A DNA stretch of 64,000 bases from Deltaproteobacteria bacterium (GTDB lineage: Bacteria; Myxococcota_A; UBA796; SXON01): assembly GCA_947445035.1 (NCBI GenBank), contig CANFCK010000001.1, positions 50,044-114,043 on the forward strand, in the 5' to 3' direction. The translations under genes and the position numbers were made by a program. Positions 8,928-17,587 of this stretch are shown here, piece by piece (the stretch's first letter is position 1; each line of letters begins with the position of its first letter). The notes under the pieces were generated by a model. It was not told the DNA's origin. It saw only the letters and a program-made list of their open reading frames with translations, and did no database searches.

Positions 8928-9899
8928 TCAAGCACCACGGCTGATCGAAGCGGCGATTCCACCGCCGTGTTCCGGGTACCGCCAGACGAACGCGAGCTCC
9001 TTTTCGAGGCGGTCCACGTTCAACCGCGCGCTGGCGGTGAACAGCCTCAGGTTGTCGTTGGTAAATCTGGGCTTTCGACCCATGGCGGCCGCCATCCGTT
9101 CGTTCTGCTCGGCGAGCGCCGCCTGAATCACGCTCGGGACCCACGTCGACCAGAAGCGCACCGGCTTGCCGCCGCAACGGGCCGTCACCGCCGCGTAGAA
9201 CTCAGACAGCGTGGGCGTTCCGGGGGCGCTGACGTTCCACAGGCCGGGCTCCCCCCGTGTGCCGATCGCCATGAGCGCGGCCACACAGTCATCGATGTGG
9301 ACGACCGGAACGCGGTTGCGTCCTTCGCCCGGGAGCCAAGCATGCCCCGCCCGGATGCGATCCTCCTGCATGAATCGTAGGCCGGGACCGTACACCGCCG
9401 CAATGCGCGCCACCCGCAGCCGAAGCCCGGTAGCGGCGGCGACCTCGCGCAGCCGGGCCTCGGCAGCGAGCTTGGCCCGACCATACTGGGTCTGCGGTGC
9501 CGCCGGGTGCGCCTCGCCCACCCACAGGCCGCTGCGGTCCCCGTACACGGCGCAACTCGATGCGAAAGTGAACGAGCTCAGCCTGTTGGCGTGCTTGCCG
9601 GCCGCGACGGCGAGCGGTTCCGTGCCGACCCGGTTGAGCCGATCGGCGTCGATTCGCCCGGCACCGCGGAGGCCGCCGGCAAGGTGCCAGACGTGGTCGG
9701 CCTCGGCGACCCCTCGCTCGATGGCGGCGGCATCCTCGAGGTGCCCGAGCAGCAGCCTTGCTCCGTCGGCAACCACGGTCCGCCCTCGCGCTTCGTCGCG
9801 GACGAGCACGGTCACGTCGTGCCCCGCCGTCAGCAACGCCCGAACGAGCGGGAGCCCGATCTGTCCGGTCCCGCCGGTCACGAAGGAGCGCTCAGCCAT
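8928..9899 (-). CDS. NAD-dependent epimerase/dehydratase family protein
   Basis: Internal ATG at 9897..9899 gives MAERSFVTGGTGQIGLPLVRALL, a Rossmann GxxGxxG motif. The rest is an extended-SDR-like body. Confidence 0.85.
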   Translation of the reverse strand: MAERSFVTGGTGQIGLPLVRALLTAGHDVTVLVRDEARGRTVVADGARLLLGHLEDAAAIERGVAEADHVWHLAGGLRGAGRIDADRLNRVGTEPLAVAAGKHANRLSSFTFASSCAVYGDRSGLWVGEAHPAAPQTQYGRAKLAAEARLREVAAATGLRLRVARIAAVYGPGLRFMQEDRIRAGHAWLPGEGRNRVPVVHIDDCVAALMAIGTRGEPGLWNVSAPGTPTLSEFYAAVTARCGGKPVRFWSTWVPSVIQAALAEQNERMAAAMGRKPRFTNDNLRLFTASARLNVDRLEKELAFVWRYPEHGGGIAASISRGA

Positions 9900-9904
9900 C
9901 GGCC

Positions 9905-12247
9905 CTACGGCGCGGTGGCGGCGACGCCGGCGGCGTACCAGAGGGAGCCGGAGTGGTCCACCGCGTCGGCGGTGTCGCTGTCGTCTCCCAACCAAAATCC
10001 GTCGGGCACGCCGTCGCCGCTGAGGTCGCCGACAAACCCGCGACCGCGGGCTTCGCGAGACATGTACCCCAAAACCGGCACCCCGGCGGCGCCACCCAGG
10101 CCGCGCCACGTCGCAAGCACGCCGTCGACCTGCACCAAAATGTCGGCTACGCCGTCGCCGTCGGCGTCACCGGCGGACACCGCCCCCCCGAGCCCGAGCG
10201 TGCTTTCGGCGCCGCCAATACGCACTGCGGTGTCCAGACCGTCGGACCACACCACGTCATCGACGCCATCGGCGTCGAAGTCACCCACCGCGATGGTGCA
10301 GACCCCCTCGCAACCCAGAAGATCGTCCACGCCGTCTCCGTCGGTGTCCGCCGCGACGACGTCGCCCAGCGGGCCGATGCCGGGCTCCGCCACCGCAGTC
10401 CCGTCCCCAGGGAGCCAAAGGCGATCGCCTGCCGCGTCGACCACCACCGCCTCCGCCCCGAGGAAGTCCCCACACGCCAGCATGGCCCCGGGCGCCACCA
10501 CATCGGCACCGGCGCTGGTCAGCCTACCCGCGTCATCCACCGAAAGGTGCCTGACCAATGTCGACAGCGCGCCGTCCACCAAGATCCAGACGTCGTGACC
10601 ACAAACGGCCAGATCGAGCGGCTCTTCCCCCGGAAGGAATGAAAGCGCGATGGCCGGGGTGAGGGCCTCGTTGTTGGCGCCGACGATTGGGGTGCCGACG
10701 AAGGCCTGGACCTGGGCGCTGCCGTTGTCCAAAAGCGCGACGAGATCGATGATCCCGTCGTCGTTGAGGTCACCCATCCACGGCTCACCGACGAGGCCGA
10801 TGTCGAAGAGACCGTCGAAGGCGCGCTCGATCGACCACCCGGTTTCGTCGGCTTCGGTCCCGGGGTCGTCCGCGACGCGCGCGGCGACGTGTCCAACTGC
10901 CGCCGCGCGAGACAAAACCAGGTCGGGGACGTCGTCGCCCGTGAAGTCGGGCGCGTCGATCGTGGCCGCGTACGGCAACCCGGAGATCGTCTCAACCACA
11001 AAAGTGCCGATTTCGGCCGACCAGTGAGCGCGTGCCAGCGCGCCCGGGGTCGACATCAGCACGTCAAGGGAGCCGTCGCCATCGGCATCTGCAAGGGTGG
11101 CGGCCAGCCCACTGATGGGCTCCAAGCTGCTGGATATCTGGAAAACGGTCCCGATCTCATCGTCGTCCATGACCATGACCGCCGTGTAGCCGCCACTGTC
11201 GTCGGCCAGCGGACCGCTGATGAGCACATCGTCGCGACGGTCACCATCAACGTCGAAGCCGCCGCGCATGTCGGCACCCGCCCCGATGCCGAGACTCGAA
11301 TCCATCGCGCTGGTGGCGAGCCACCCATCCCCCTGCCACTCGTAGCGGCGGGTGACGCCGTCACCGGCCAGCAGCGACACCTCCGCGACGCCGTCCTCAT
11401 CGAGGTCCTCGACGGATGCGCCGTGCACGCCCAGGTCCACATCGAGGACCGCGGTGGCGGCCCAGCCGCCTTGACCGTCCCCCGGCATCCAGACCACGGC
11501 GCCGGAGTCAGCGTGGCCTACCACCAGGACAAGGTCGACCACCGTGTCGTCGTCCGCGGTCTGAACCACCGCGGCCCGGACGGTACCCGCCGAGGGCCGC
11601 CACCCGCCGGCGAAGGCCAGTCCGCCGTCGGGACGGCCGCGCAAAAGCACCACCTCGTCGTCGCTGAAGGCCAGCAAGTCATCCACGCCATCATCGTCCA
11701 GGCGCACCGTCCGCACGGACTTCACCGGCGATGCCAGGTTGAGCACCCGAACGGCAGCGCCCCCATCGAACGACCACCACCACAACTCATGGTCGCGGGC
11801 GGTGATCACGCCGCCGCCGGCGTGCGCCACGGGACTGCCCTCCCCTCCCGAGAGCCACGCAGGGAAGCCCGGCCGGACGTCGGCACGCGCGGTGACGAAG
11901 GCACTGCCGGTGGCCTGGAACGTCCCCGCTGTGGCGCCTACCTCGAAGCGCCCGGGGCTCGAAGCCGAAAGCTCGGCGGTGGCCCAACCGAAAGCATCGG
12001 GGGTGGCGCTGGTCGCGCCCAAGGTCCCGGCCGAGGTCAGGGCCAGGTCGCCCCCACCGACCGACGCGCCGACCTCGTTGACGGTCAAGATCGTCACCAG
12101 GGCCGAACCGACCCCGGAACCCTGTCCGACCCACAGACCGGTTGGCGACTCCGACATCGCTTCTACCCGCACCGGAACGAGGTCCTCGGGGTCGCAACCC
12201 TGGCAACCGGGGAGCACGAGGACCAGCGTGACCGACAGCGCCCTCAC
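9905..12247 (-). CDS. FG-GAP/VCBS repeat lipoprotein
   Basis: MRALSVTLVLVLPGC is a lipobox. Repeated DxDGDGxxDLxx / DxNDDGIIDLV calcium-binding FG-GAP motifs run throughout the 780 aa. Confidence 0.85.
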   Translation of the reverse strand: MRALSVTLVLVLPGCQGCDPEDLVPVRVEAMSESPTGLWVGQGSGVGSALVTILTVNEVGASVGGGDLALTSAGTLGATSATPDAFGWATAELSASSPGRFEVGATAGTFQATGSAFVTARADVRPGFPAWLSGGEGSPVAHAGGGVITARDHELWWWSFDGGAAVRVLNLASPVKSVRTVRLDDDGVDDLLAFSDDEVVLLRGRPDGGLAFAGGWRPSAGTVRAAVVQTADDDTVVDLVLVVGHADSGAVVWMPGDGQGGWAATAVLDVDLGVHGASVEDLDEDGVAEVSLLAGDGVTRRYEWQGDGWLATSAMDSSLGIGAGADMRGGFDVDGDRRDDVLISGPLADDSGGYTAVMVMDDDEIGTVFQISSSLEPISGLAATLADADGDGSLDVLMSTPGALARAHWSAEIGTFVVETISGLPYAATIDAPDFTGDDVPDLVLSRAAAVGHVAARVADDPGTEADETGWSIERAFDGLFDIGLVGEPWMGDLNDDGIIDLVALLDNGSAQVQAFVGTPIVGANNEALTPAIALSFLPGEEPLDLAVCGHDVWILVDGALSTLVRHLSVDDAGRLTSAGADVVAPGAMLACGDFLGAEAVVVDAAGDRLWLPGDGTAVAEPGIGPLGDVVAADTDGDGVDDLLGCEGVCTIAVGDFDADGVDDVVWSDGLDTAVRIGGAESTLGLGGAVSAGDADGDGVADILVQVDGVLATWRGLGGAAGVPVLGYMSREARGRGFVGDLSGDGVPDGFWLGDDSDTADAVDHSGSLWYAAGVAATAP

Positions 12248-13197
12248 GGCGTGGTCCAGAATACCCGCGCGTAGACGTAGCCGGTGGAGGGCGTGCTGAC
12301 CTGATCGGCGCGGCCACCCTCATCGATGCGGAAAACCCCACGAGATGCGGAGTAGATCAAGAATGACCCGTCCCCCGGGTCGTAGGCGCAGTCCGACACA
12401 TCGGCGAAGTCGTCATCGTGGTAGGCCACAGGCCGCGCGTCCCCGCCGATGATTTTGTTGATCGAATAGACGGCGCCCGCCGGAGAGCAGGCAAAGGGCG
12501 CTTCTTCGGGGCCGACGAAGACGTTCGTCGCGCGGGTGAGGCTGGTGTCGTAGTCTTCTTTGACCAGTTGGACGTTGCCGTCGCCGTCCACGGTCCAGAG
12601 GTCGGGGCCCCCGGCGCTCGGGTCGACGAAGAAGGCCCGATTTTCACTGCCGCCGACGTAACGGATTTCCGAGAGGCTACCCGACTCGAGCACCGAGGCG
12701 ATCTCGGCCAAGTCGGCGGAGAGGGTCTGCAGCCCGCCCTGGTAGGCCACCAGCAGGTGCCTGCCAAGCCGGGTGGTGTCGTAGTTCTCGCTTTCTGCCC
12801 CGACGTCGTTGACCCTCGTGGTGCCGCCGTCCGCGTCCAGCGTGTAGAGGCCGCCAACGCCGACGAGCAGCCCGGTTCGGTTCCACGGCTCGTAGTACGG
12901 CGCGCCCGCCAGTTCGACCGGGACCGACCATTCCGCTTCCACTTCGCTGGTCACCGGATCGAAGACCCGGATGATGCCCCTTTCACCCCCCCTCATCGAG
13001 GTGACCCAACCCACCACCGGATCGCCGGACGGCCCCGTGTCGGGGTCGCCGGTGTCGTCGGTGTCCGTGTCGGGATTGGCGCACGGCATGTCGCTGGTGC
13101 AGGTGACCTGCACGTCCTCAAAGACGTGGCAACCAGCGAGCAACAGCAGGACACTCAGCGACGACAAACGACTCTCCGGCGGATTCCCCGCCACCAT
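12244..13197 (-). CDS. Hypothetical lipoprotein (beta-propeller-like composition)
   Basis: ATG at 13195..13197 gives MVAGNPPESRLSSLSVLLLLAGC (lipobox), followed by a TDTDDTGDPDTG linker. The exact start is uncertain because it overlaps the upstream gene's 3' end by about 43 nt. Confidence 0.6.
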   Translation of the reverse strand: MVAGNPPESRLSSLSVLLLLAGCHVFEDVQVTCTSDMPCANPDTDTDDTGDPDTGPSGDPVVGWVTSMRGGERGIIRVFDPVTSEVEAEWSVPVELAGAPYYEPWNRTGLLVGVGGLYTLDADGGTTRVNDVGAESENYDTTRLGRHLLVAYQGGLQTLSADLAEIASVLESGSLSEIRYVGGSENRAFFVDPSAGGPDLWTVDGDGNVQLVKEDYDTSLTRATNVFVGPEEAPFACSPAGAVYSINKIIGGDARPVAYHDDDFADVSDCAYDPGDGSFLIYSASRGVFRIDEGGRADQVSTPSTGYVYARVFWTTP

Positions 13198-14639
13198 AGC
13201 AGGGGCGCCACGATCATGGCACCCCCTCCCGCGCCGCAAGCGCCTTCGGTCTCCGCGTCGAGGGACCAAAACCGCGCCTTCCCTCCGCCCAGCCACGGGT
13301 CCGGAGGTTGACCCGCTGATCGCCCGTCAAGCGCGCTGGCTACGAGACGATCAGCAGCCTCTCTCGGGGTGGCGTCAGGGTCAGCGCTCATCGCCACGGC
13401 GACCGCGGCGGCCACCGCCGGCGTCGACGCGCTGGTGCCGTAAAACCCGTTCGTCCCGAAGATGCGCGAGGTGAGGCCATCCGGACCGGCGATGTCCGGC
13501 TTGTAGAAGCCGGCGTGGGTGGGCCCGAACGAGCTGAAGGACTCGGCGCTGTTGTGCGCGTAGCCCGACGCGCGGACGGCCCCGACCGAGAACGCGCTGA
13601 CGCTGGACGCCGGGTCTGCAAGGCCGCCGGGCTCGGTGAAATAGAGGTGTCCGCCACGGGCCTGGACCGACAGCGCGACGCCCCCGACGCCCCGGCGGCG
13701 ATGGATGCGGAGCCAATACCAGTCCTCCGTTTCGGCGCGGATGGAAATGCGCTCAACGGGCGCGCATTGATCGGCGTCGAGGTCCTGGTCGTCGTCGGCG
13801 CGACCAACGATTTCCCCCTCCCGATTGACTGCGACCACGTCGAAGTCGTTGCGACCGCAACCCCAAAACTCGTCCCACGAGACAAACGCCGTCGCGCCCC
13901 CGGCGCTCAGATAAATCGGCAGGTACGACCCGCCCCACGGAAAGTCCATCCACTCGTCGTGGTCGACGTCGTCCCACGGGCCGATCCAGTGCTCCTGGGC
14001 GTAGTTCCCGGCACTGGTGACCAGGAGCGTCCCGCCCTCCGCAAGGTGGCCCGCACTGTCGGCGAGCGCGCCGCTGCCGTCGTAGAAGGAGTTGTTGAAG
14101 AACGACATCGACATGCTCACGACGTCGACCTCATTGCGCAGCGCCCACTCCACCGCGTTCTCGAAGCTCGTCGGGCCGTTCACGCGCACCAGGTGCAGCT
14201 CGGCCTCGGGTGCCAGATCGGCGATGACCTCGGCGCAGGCGACGCCGTGGGCGCCCTCCTCGTAGCTGAAACGCGGGCGCAGCGTGTCCATCGGCACGTC
14301 GCAACTGCGCGTCAGTTCGCAGTCGTGCGTTTCGACATCCCCGAGCTCTTCGGACAGCACCGCAGCGTTGAACCACTGCACGTCGAAGACCGCGACCCGG
14401 ACGCCGCCACCGAGGAAGCCGGCGTCGGCCCAGGGGGCCATCGCCATGGCCTCGACTGCCTCTTCCGCGAAGTATCCGTCGACCACCGGGGGCTCCTCGA
14501 TGCGCCAAGGCGTGCCCGCGGCCGGCGCTTCCAGGAGCACACTGCCCGTCGCGCTCCCGGAAATGGCCCCGGGCCAATCGGGAACGTCCACGCGGATGCG
14601 ATCCACGACGCCCACCTCAGGAAGTTCGACGTCGGCCAT
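13155..14639 (-). CDS. S8 (subtilisin-like) serine peptidase with a MYXO-CTERM-like tail
   Basis: The catalytic triad contexts are VAVFDVQ (Asp), HGVACAEV (His) and GTSASTPAVAAA (Ser). The C-terminus is ACGAGGGAMIVAPLLWWRGIRRR. No obvious N-terminal signal peptide. Confidence 0.85.
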   Translation of the reverse strand: MADVELPEVGVVDRIRVDVPDWPGAISGSATGSVLLEAPAAGTPWRIEEPPVVDGYFAEEAVEAMAMAPWADAGFLGGGVRVAVFDVQWFNAAVLSEELGDVETHDCELTRSCDVPMDTLRPRFSYEEGAHGVACAEVIADLAPEAELHLVRVNGPTSFENAVEWALRNEVDVVSMSMSFFNNSFYDGSGALADSAGHLAEGGTLLVTSAGNYAQEHWIGPWDDVDHDEWMDFPWGGSYLPIYLSAGGATAFVSWDEFWGCGRNDFDVVAVNREGEIVGRADDDQDLDADQCAPVERISIRAETEDWYWLRIHRRRGVGGVALSVQARGGHLYFTEPGGLADPASSVSAFSVGAVRASGYAHNSAESFSSFGPTHAGFYKPDIAGPDGLTSRIFGTNGFYGTSASTPAVAAAVAVAMSADPDATPREAADRLVASALDGRSAGQPPDPWLGGGKARFWSLDAETEGACGAGGGAMIVAPLLWWRGIRRRVVCRR

Positions 14640-14642
14640 CGA

Positions 14643-15107
14643 TCAGCGCCAGGACCGGCCCATCAGCTCGGTCGACGCGAGCACGTGGCCCTTCATCGCC
14701 CCTTTGAGCTCGATGAGACCCGCCCCGTCGCCAAGGGACAGCAACGTGTCCAGGGCGTACAACCTTGTGAAGTACCGATGGGTGCCGTGCCCCGGCGGCG
14801 GACAAGGGCCGCCGTAGCCCACCTTCCCGAAGTCGTTGGTTCCGGCAACCATCCCGGGCGCGCCAGGCCGTTGGCCCTCGGCGAGGGATCGCGTCGCGGC
14901 CGGGAGATTCCACACCAGCCAGTGCGACCACGTCCGTCCGGGCGCGTCGGGATCGTCCATCACCAACGCCAGCGACGCCGCGCCGGTGGGGGGCGCCGTC
15001 CACGACAAGGGCGGCGACACGTCCGCTGCCGAGCAGGTGTGGCGCGGCGGAATGACCGCGCCGGGCAGCCAGGCGGTTGAGGTCAGCTCGAAGACGAGCG
15101 GCAGCAT
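14643..15107 (-). CDS. YbhB/YbcL-family PEBP (Raf kinase inhibitor-like) protein
   Basis: ATG at 15105..15107 gives [31 protein letters not shown]...DPDAP...HW...[23 protein letters not shown]-type motifs, which are diagnostic of bacterial PEBPs. Confidence 0.85.
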   Translation of the reverse strand: [154 protein letters not shown]

Positions 15108-15165
15108 TTCACGGCCTAGCACGACCGTGACATTTCCGGGACAAAGGGCGTGTACATCCACCTCC

Positions 15166-15372
15166 GTGTTCCGCATCGCCCACCTCTCCGACCTGCACCT
15201 CATCGAGGACGGCGTGCGCTCCCGCCGGGGGGTCAGCCGAATCCAGCTCGAATATCTCTCGCTCCTGAAGAAGATTGACCCGGTGGCACGCCGAGAGCGC
15301 GCCGAACGCGCCCTGACCGCCGCCGCCGCCGCCAATCCGGACCACGTGGTCATCACCGGCGACCTCGAGGGG
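15166..15372 (+). pseudogene. Metallophosphoesterase 5' remnant (motifs I-II only)
   Basis: The GTG-initiated reading VFRIAHLSDLHL...PDHVVITGDL carries the DxH and GD motifs. No GNHD/H/GH motifs follow in any frame. The ORF then degenerates and runs into the convergent gene. Confidence 0.4.
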
Positions 15373-15457
15373 GCCCGGGCCTTTGCGCCCTGCGGGGTCG
15401 TCAGCGGCGATCGGCCCGTTCGCGTCTACACGATCGAGGGCAAGCGTTTGGTGCCGA

Positions 15458-16090
15458 CTACCCCTGCGGCGGTGGGACGCGCCGCACGTCGAGGGACGGG
15501 AATGCCAGACGAAGCGCCGTTTCGGCCGGAGCCCAGCTTTCCCCCGCCACCAGCGCCAGCGTAGCGACTCCCGCAAGCTCAAGGGTGTGAACGAGGGCGC
15601 GAAGCTCCATCGGGTGGGCGGACAGGCGGAGGGCAACGTGAACCCACTGGCACAACCCACGAATGCGGACGAGGGTTTCCACCGCCACCGCCGGACCCGG
15701 CAGTTCCAGCGCAATGTGGGTGAAGTCGAGCGTTTCGTCGGCGGCGGTAAGGCGGTCGGTCCACAACCAGCGCGTCGGCGTCGTGCTTTCAGAGAAGTCG
15801 GAGGCATACGGCCCGGGTCCGAAACGGCGCGCGGTGCTCTGGAGGCGGGGTGACTCGGGCGGGTGCGACCAGGGCTCCACCAAAAGCTCCGGGGGCGAGA
15901 GGGCAACGTCGAGCGCGTCGTCCCAGGGACGCCCCTGCACCCCGGAGCAAGCCGGGCGCAGCGCGCAGCGCCGGCAGGGGGGGCCGAAACTGCCGGAAGG
16001 CGCGGACAGCAGCGGCCGCGCCTGGACCAACGTGCCCGGCGCGTAGGTCACGCAGGCTGGGAGTTCGAGCGCGGTGGCGGTCGCGGTCAC
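15458..16090 (-). CDS. Hypothetical protein
   Basis: 210 aa with a GTG start, high third-position GC and sensible composition. A CxxCxxxxxC cluster (CRRCALRPAC) lies near the N-terminus. It is divergent from the histidine kinase. No family recognised. Confidence 0.5.
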   Translation of the reverse strand: MTATATALELPACVTYAPGTLVQARPLLSAPSGSFGPPCRRCALRPACSGVQGRPWDDALDVALSPPELLVEPWSHPPESPRLQSTARRFGPGPYASDFSESTTPTRWLWTDRLTAADETLDFTHIALELPGPAVAVETLVRIRGLCQWVHVALRLSAHPMELRALVHTLELAGVATLALVAGESWAPAETALRLAFPSLDVRRVPPPQG

Positions 16091-16127
16091 GCGGCAACAT
16101 AGCTGGTAGAAGAGTAGGGGTGCACCG

Positions 16128-17192
16128 ATGCGGCGACCTGGTCTTGCACTGAAGCTCAGCGTGCTGCTGATGCTCGGCGTCGTGGGCGCGATGCTGGTGG
16201 ACTACAGCCTGACCTCCGGCTCGCCGCTGGACCGCGCGCGGGTGCTGGTTTTCGTGGCGTTGTCGCTGGGGATGGCGCTCGCCGCGGCGGTGGTGGTGGA
16301 CGTCCTGGTGATTCGTCCGCTGGTGCGTTTGTCCGCGCAGGCCCGCCGGATGCAGGCCCTCGATTACGCCGAGCCCTTCCTGCCGACGGGGATGGACGAG
16401 CCGCACGAGCTGGGCCTGGCGCTGGAACACCTCCGTGAGCGCGTTGTGGCCGATCGGGAAGAGCTGCGCCGTCTCAACGCGGAGTTGGAAGCGAGGGTCG
16501 AGGAGCGGTCGGCCGCGCTCGCCGAGGCCCAGCGGGAGCTGCTGGCGCGGGAGAGGCTGGTCTCCGTGGGGCGGCTTGCCGCCGGGGTCGCGCACGAGGT
16601 CAACAACCCCGCAGGGGTCATCCTCGGCCGCGTGGGGCTCATCCTCGATGATCCCGGCGCGCTTTCGGCCGAGGTCGTTGAGGACCTGCGCGTCGTCGCC
16701 CGCCAAGCCGAGCGCATCCGCGACATCACCGGCGCACTACTGAGATTGGGGCGGCCCAGTCGCGGCGAGCGAGGCCCTGTGGAGCTCGAAGCGGTCGCTC
16801 GCAGCGCCGTGGACCTTGCCCGGCACGAAGCGCAACGACGTTGCGTGTCGCTCGTCGTCGAGGGCCGCTCGCCGGTGCTCACCGGAGACGCCGCCGCATT
16901 GGAGCAAGTGCTCTACAACCTCGTCCGCAACGCGGTCCAGGCGTCGGCCGAGGGGACCACGGTGACGCTGACGATCTCCCGAAGCCAGGTGGCGGTCGAG
17001 GACCAGGGAACCGGGCTGACCCCCGACGTCATGGAGCACCTTTTTGAGCCGTTTTTCACCACGAAGCCGCTTGGCGAGGGCACGGGGCTGGGTCTCGCCG
17101 TGGCACACGGAATCGTCCGCGACCACGGCGGGACGCTGGTGGCAGAGGCACGAGCCGGCGGCGGGGCGCGCTTCGTGATGCGGCTGGGATAG
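16128..17192 (+). CDS. Sensor histidine kinase (NtrB/ZraS-like H-box) with a minimal extracytoplasmic loop
   Basis: Two N-terminal hydrophobic helices are separated by about 14 residues. Then come a HAMP-like linker, a coiled coil, the H-box GVAHEVNNPAGVI, and the ATPase G-boxes DQGTGL and GTGLGLAV. Confidence 0.9.
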   Translation: MRRPGLALKLSVLLMLGVVGAMLVDYSLTSGSPLDRARVLVFVALSLGMALAAAVVVDVLVIRPLVRLSAQARRMQALDYAEPFLPTGMDEPHELGLALEHLRERVVADREELRRLNAELEARVEERSAALAEAQRELLARERLVSVGRLAAGVAHEVNNPAGVILGRVGLILDDPGALSAEVVEDLRVVARQAERIRDITGALLRLGRPSRGERGPVELEAVARSAVDLARHEAQRRCVSLVVEGRSPVLTGDAAALEQVLYNLVRNAVQASAEGTTVTLTISRSQVAVEDQGTGLTPDVMEHLFEPFFTTKPLGEGTGLGLAVAHGIVRDHGGTLVAEARAGGGARFVMRLG

Positions 17193-17200
17193 CAGTCCCG

Positions 17201-17578
17201 ATGCTCCTCGTCTTCGCCCTCGCGTGCTCCTCCGCGCCGCTGGTTCCCGCCGCCCACGCCAGCTCGTGCGGCAGCATCAGCAACAGCGACCTCCGCTACT
17301 ACTGCCAGTCCAGCTGCGGCAGCATCAGCAACTCCGACATGCGCTACTACTGCGACGGCAGCTACGGCGGCATCAGCAACAGCGACCTCCGCTACTACGG
17401 CCAGGGTAGCTGCGGCAGCATCAGCAATTCCGACATGCGCTACTACTGCCAGGGTAGCTACGGCAGCATCAGCAACAGCGACCTCCGCTACTACGGCCAG
17501 GGTAGCTGCGGCAGCATCAGCAACTCCGACATGCGCTACCTTTGCGAGTCCGGTCGTAAATGGCCAGGACCGTTCTGA
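17201..17578 (+). CDS. Secreted tandem-repeat protein (6 x 16 aa, consensus GSCGSISNSD[LM]RYYCQ)
   Basis: MLLVFALACSSAPLVPAAHA is a signal peptide with an AHA|SS cleavage-type site. It is followed by six head-to-tail 16-aa units and a short SGRKWPGPF tail. The gene starts 8 nt after the kinase stop and ends 9 nt before the regulator start. Confidence 0.75.
   Translation: MLLVFALACSSAPLVPAAHASSCGSISNSDLRYYCQSSCGSISNSDMRYYCDGSYGGISNSDLRYYGQGSCGSISNSDMRYYCQGSYGSISNSDLRYYGQGSCGSISNSDMRYLCESGRKWPGPF
17261..17548 (+). repeat. 48-bp tandem repeat x6 with 96-bp higher-order periodicity (coding)
   Basis: Read directly: agc..tgcggcagcatcagcaac(a/t)(g/c)cgac(c/a)t(c/g)cgctactac... recurs every 48 nt. 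The last two 96-bp double units are nearly identical. Confidence 0.9.
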
Positions 17579-17587
17579 GGCATCCGC

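Noticed and set aside
17201-17578. The repeat protein as a multi-core RiPP precursor.
   Set aside because: It carries a Sec-type signal peptide, and no modifying enzyme, protease or transporter genes are adjacent. The operon context points to the two-component system instead. This remains only a minor alternative.
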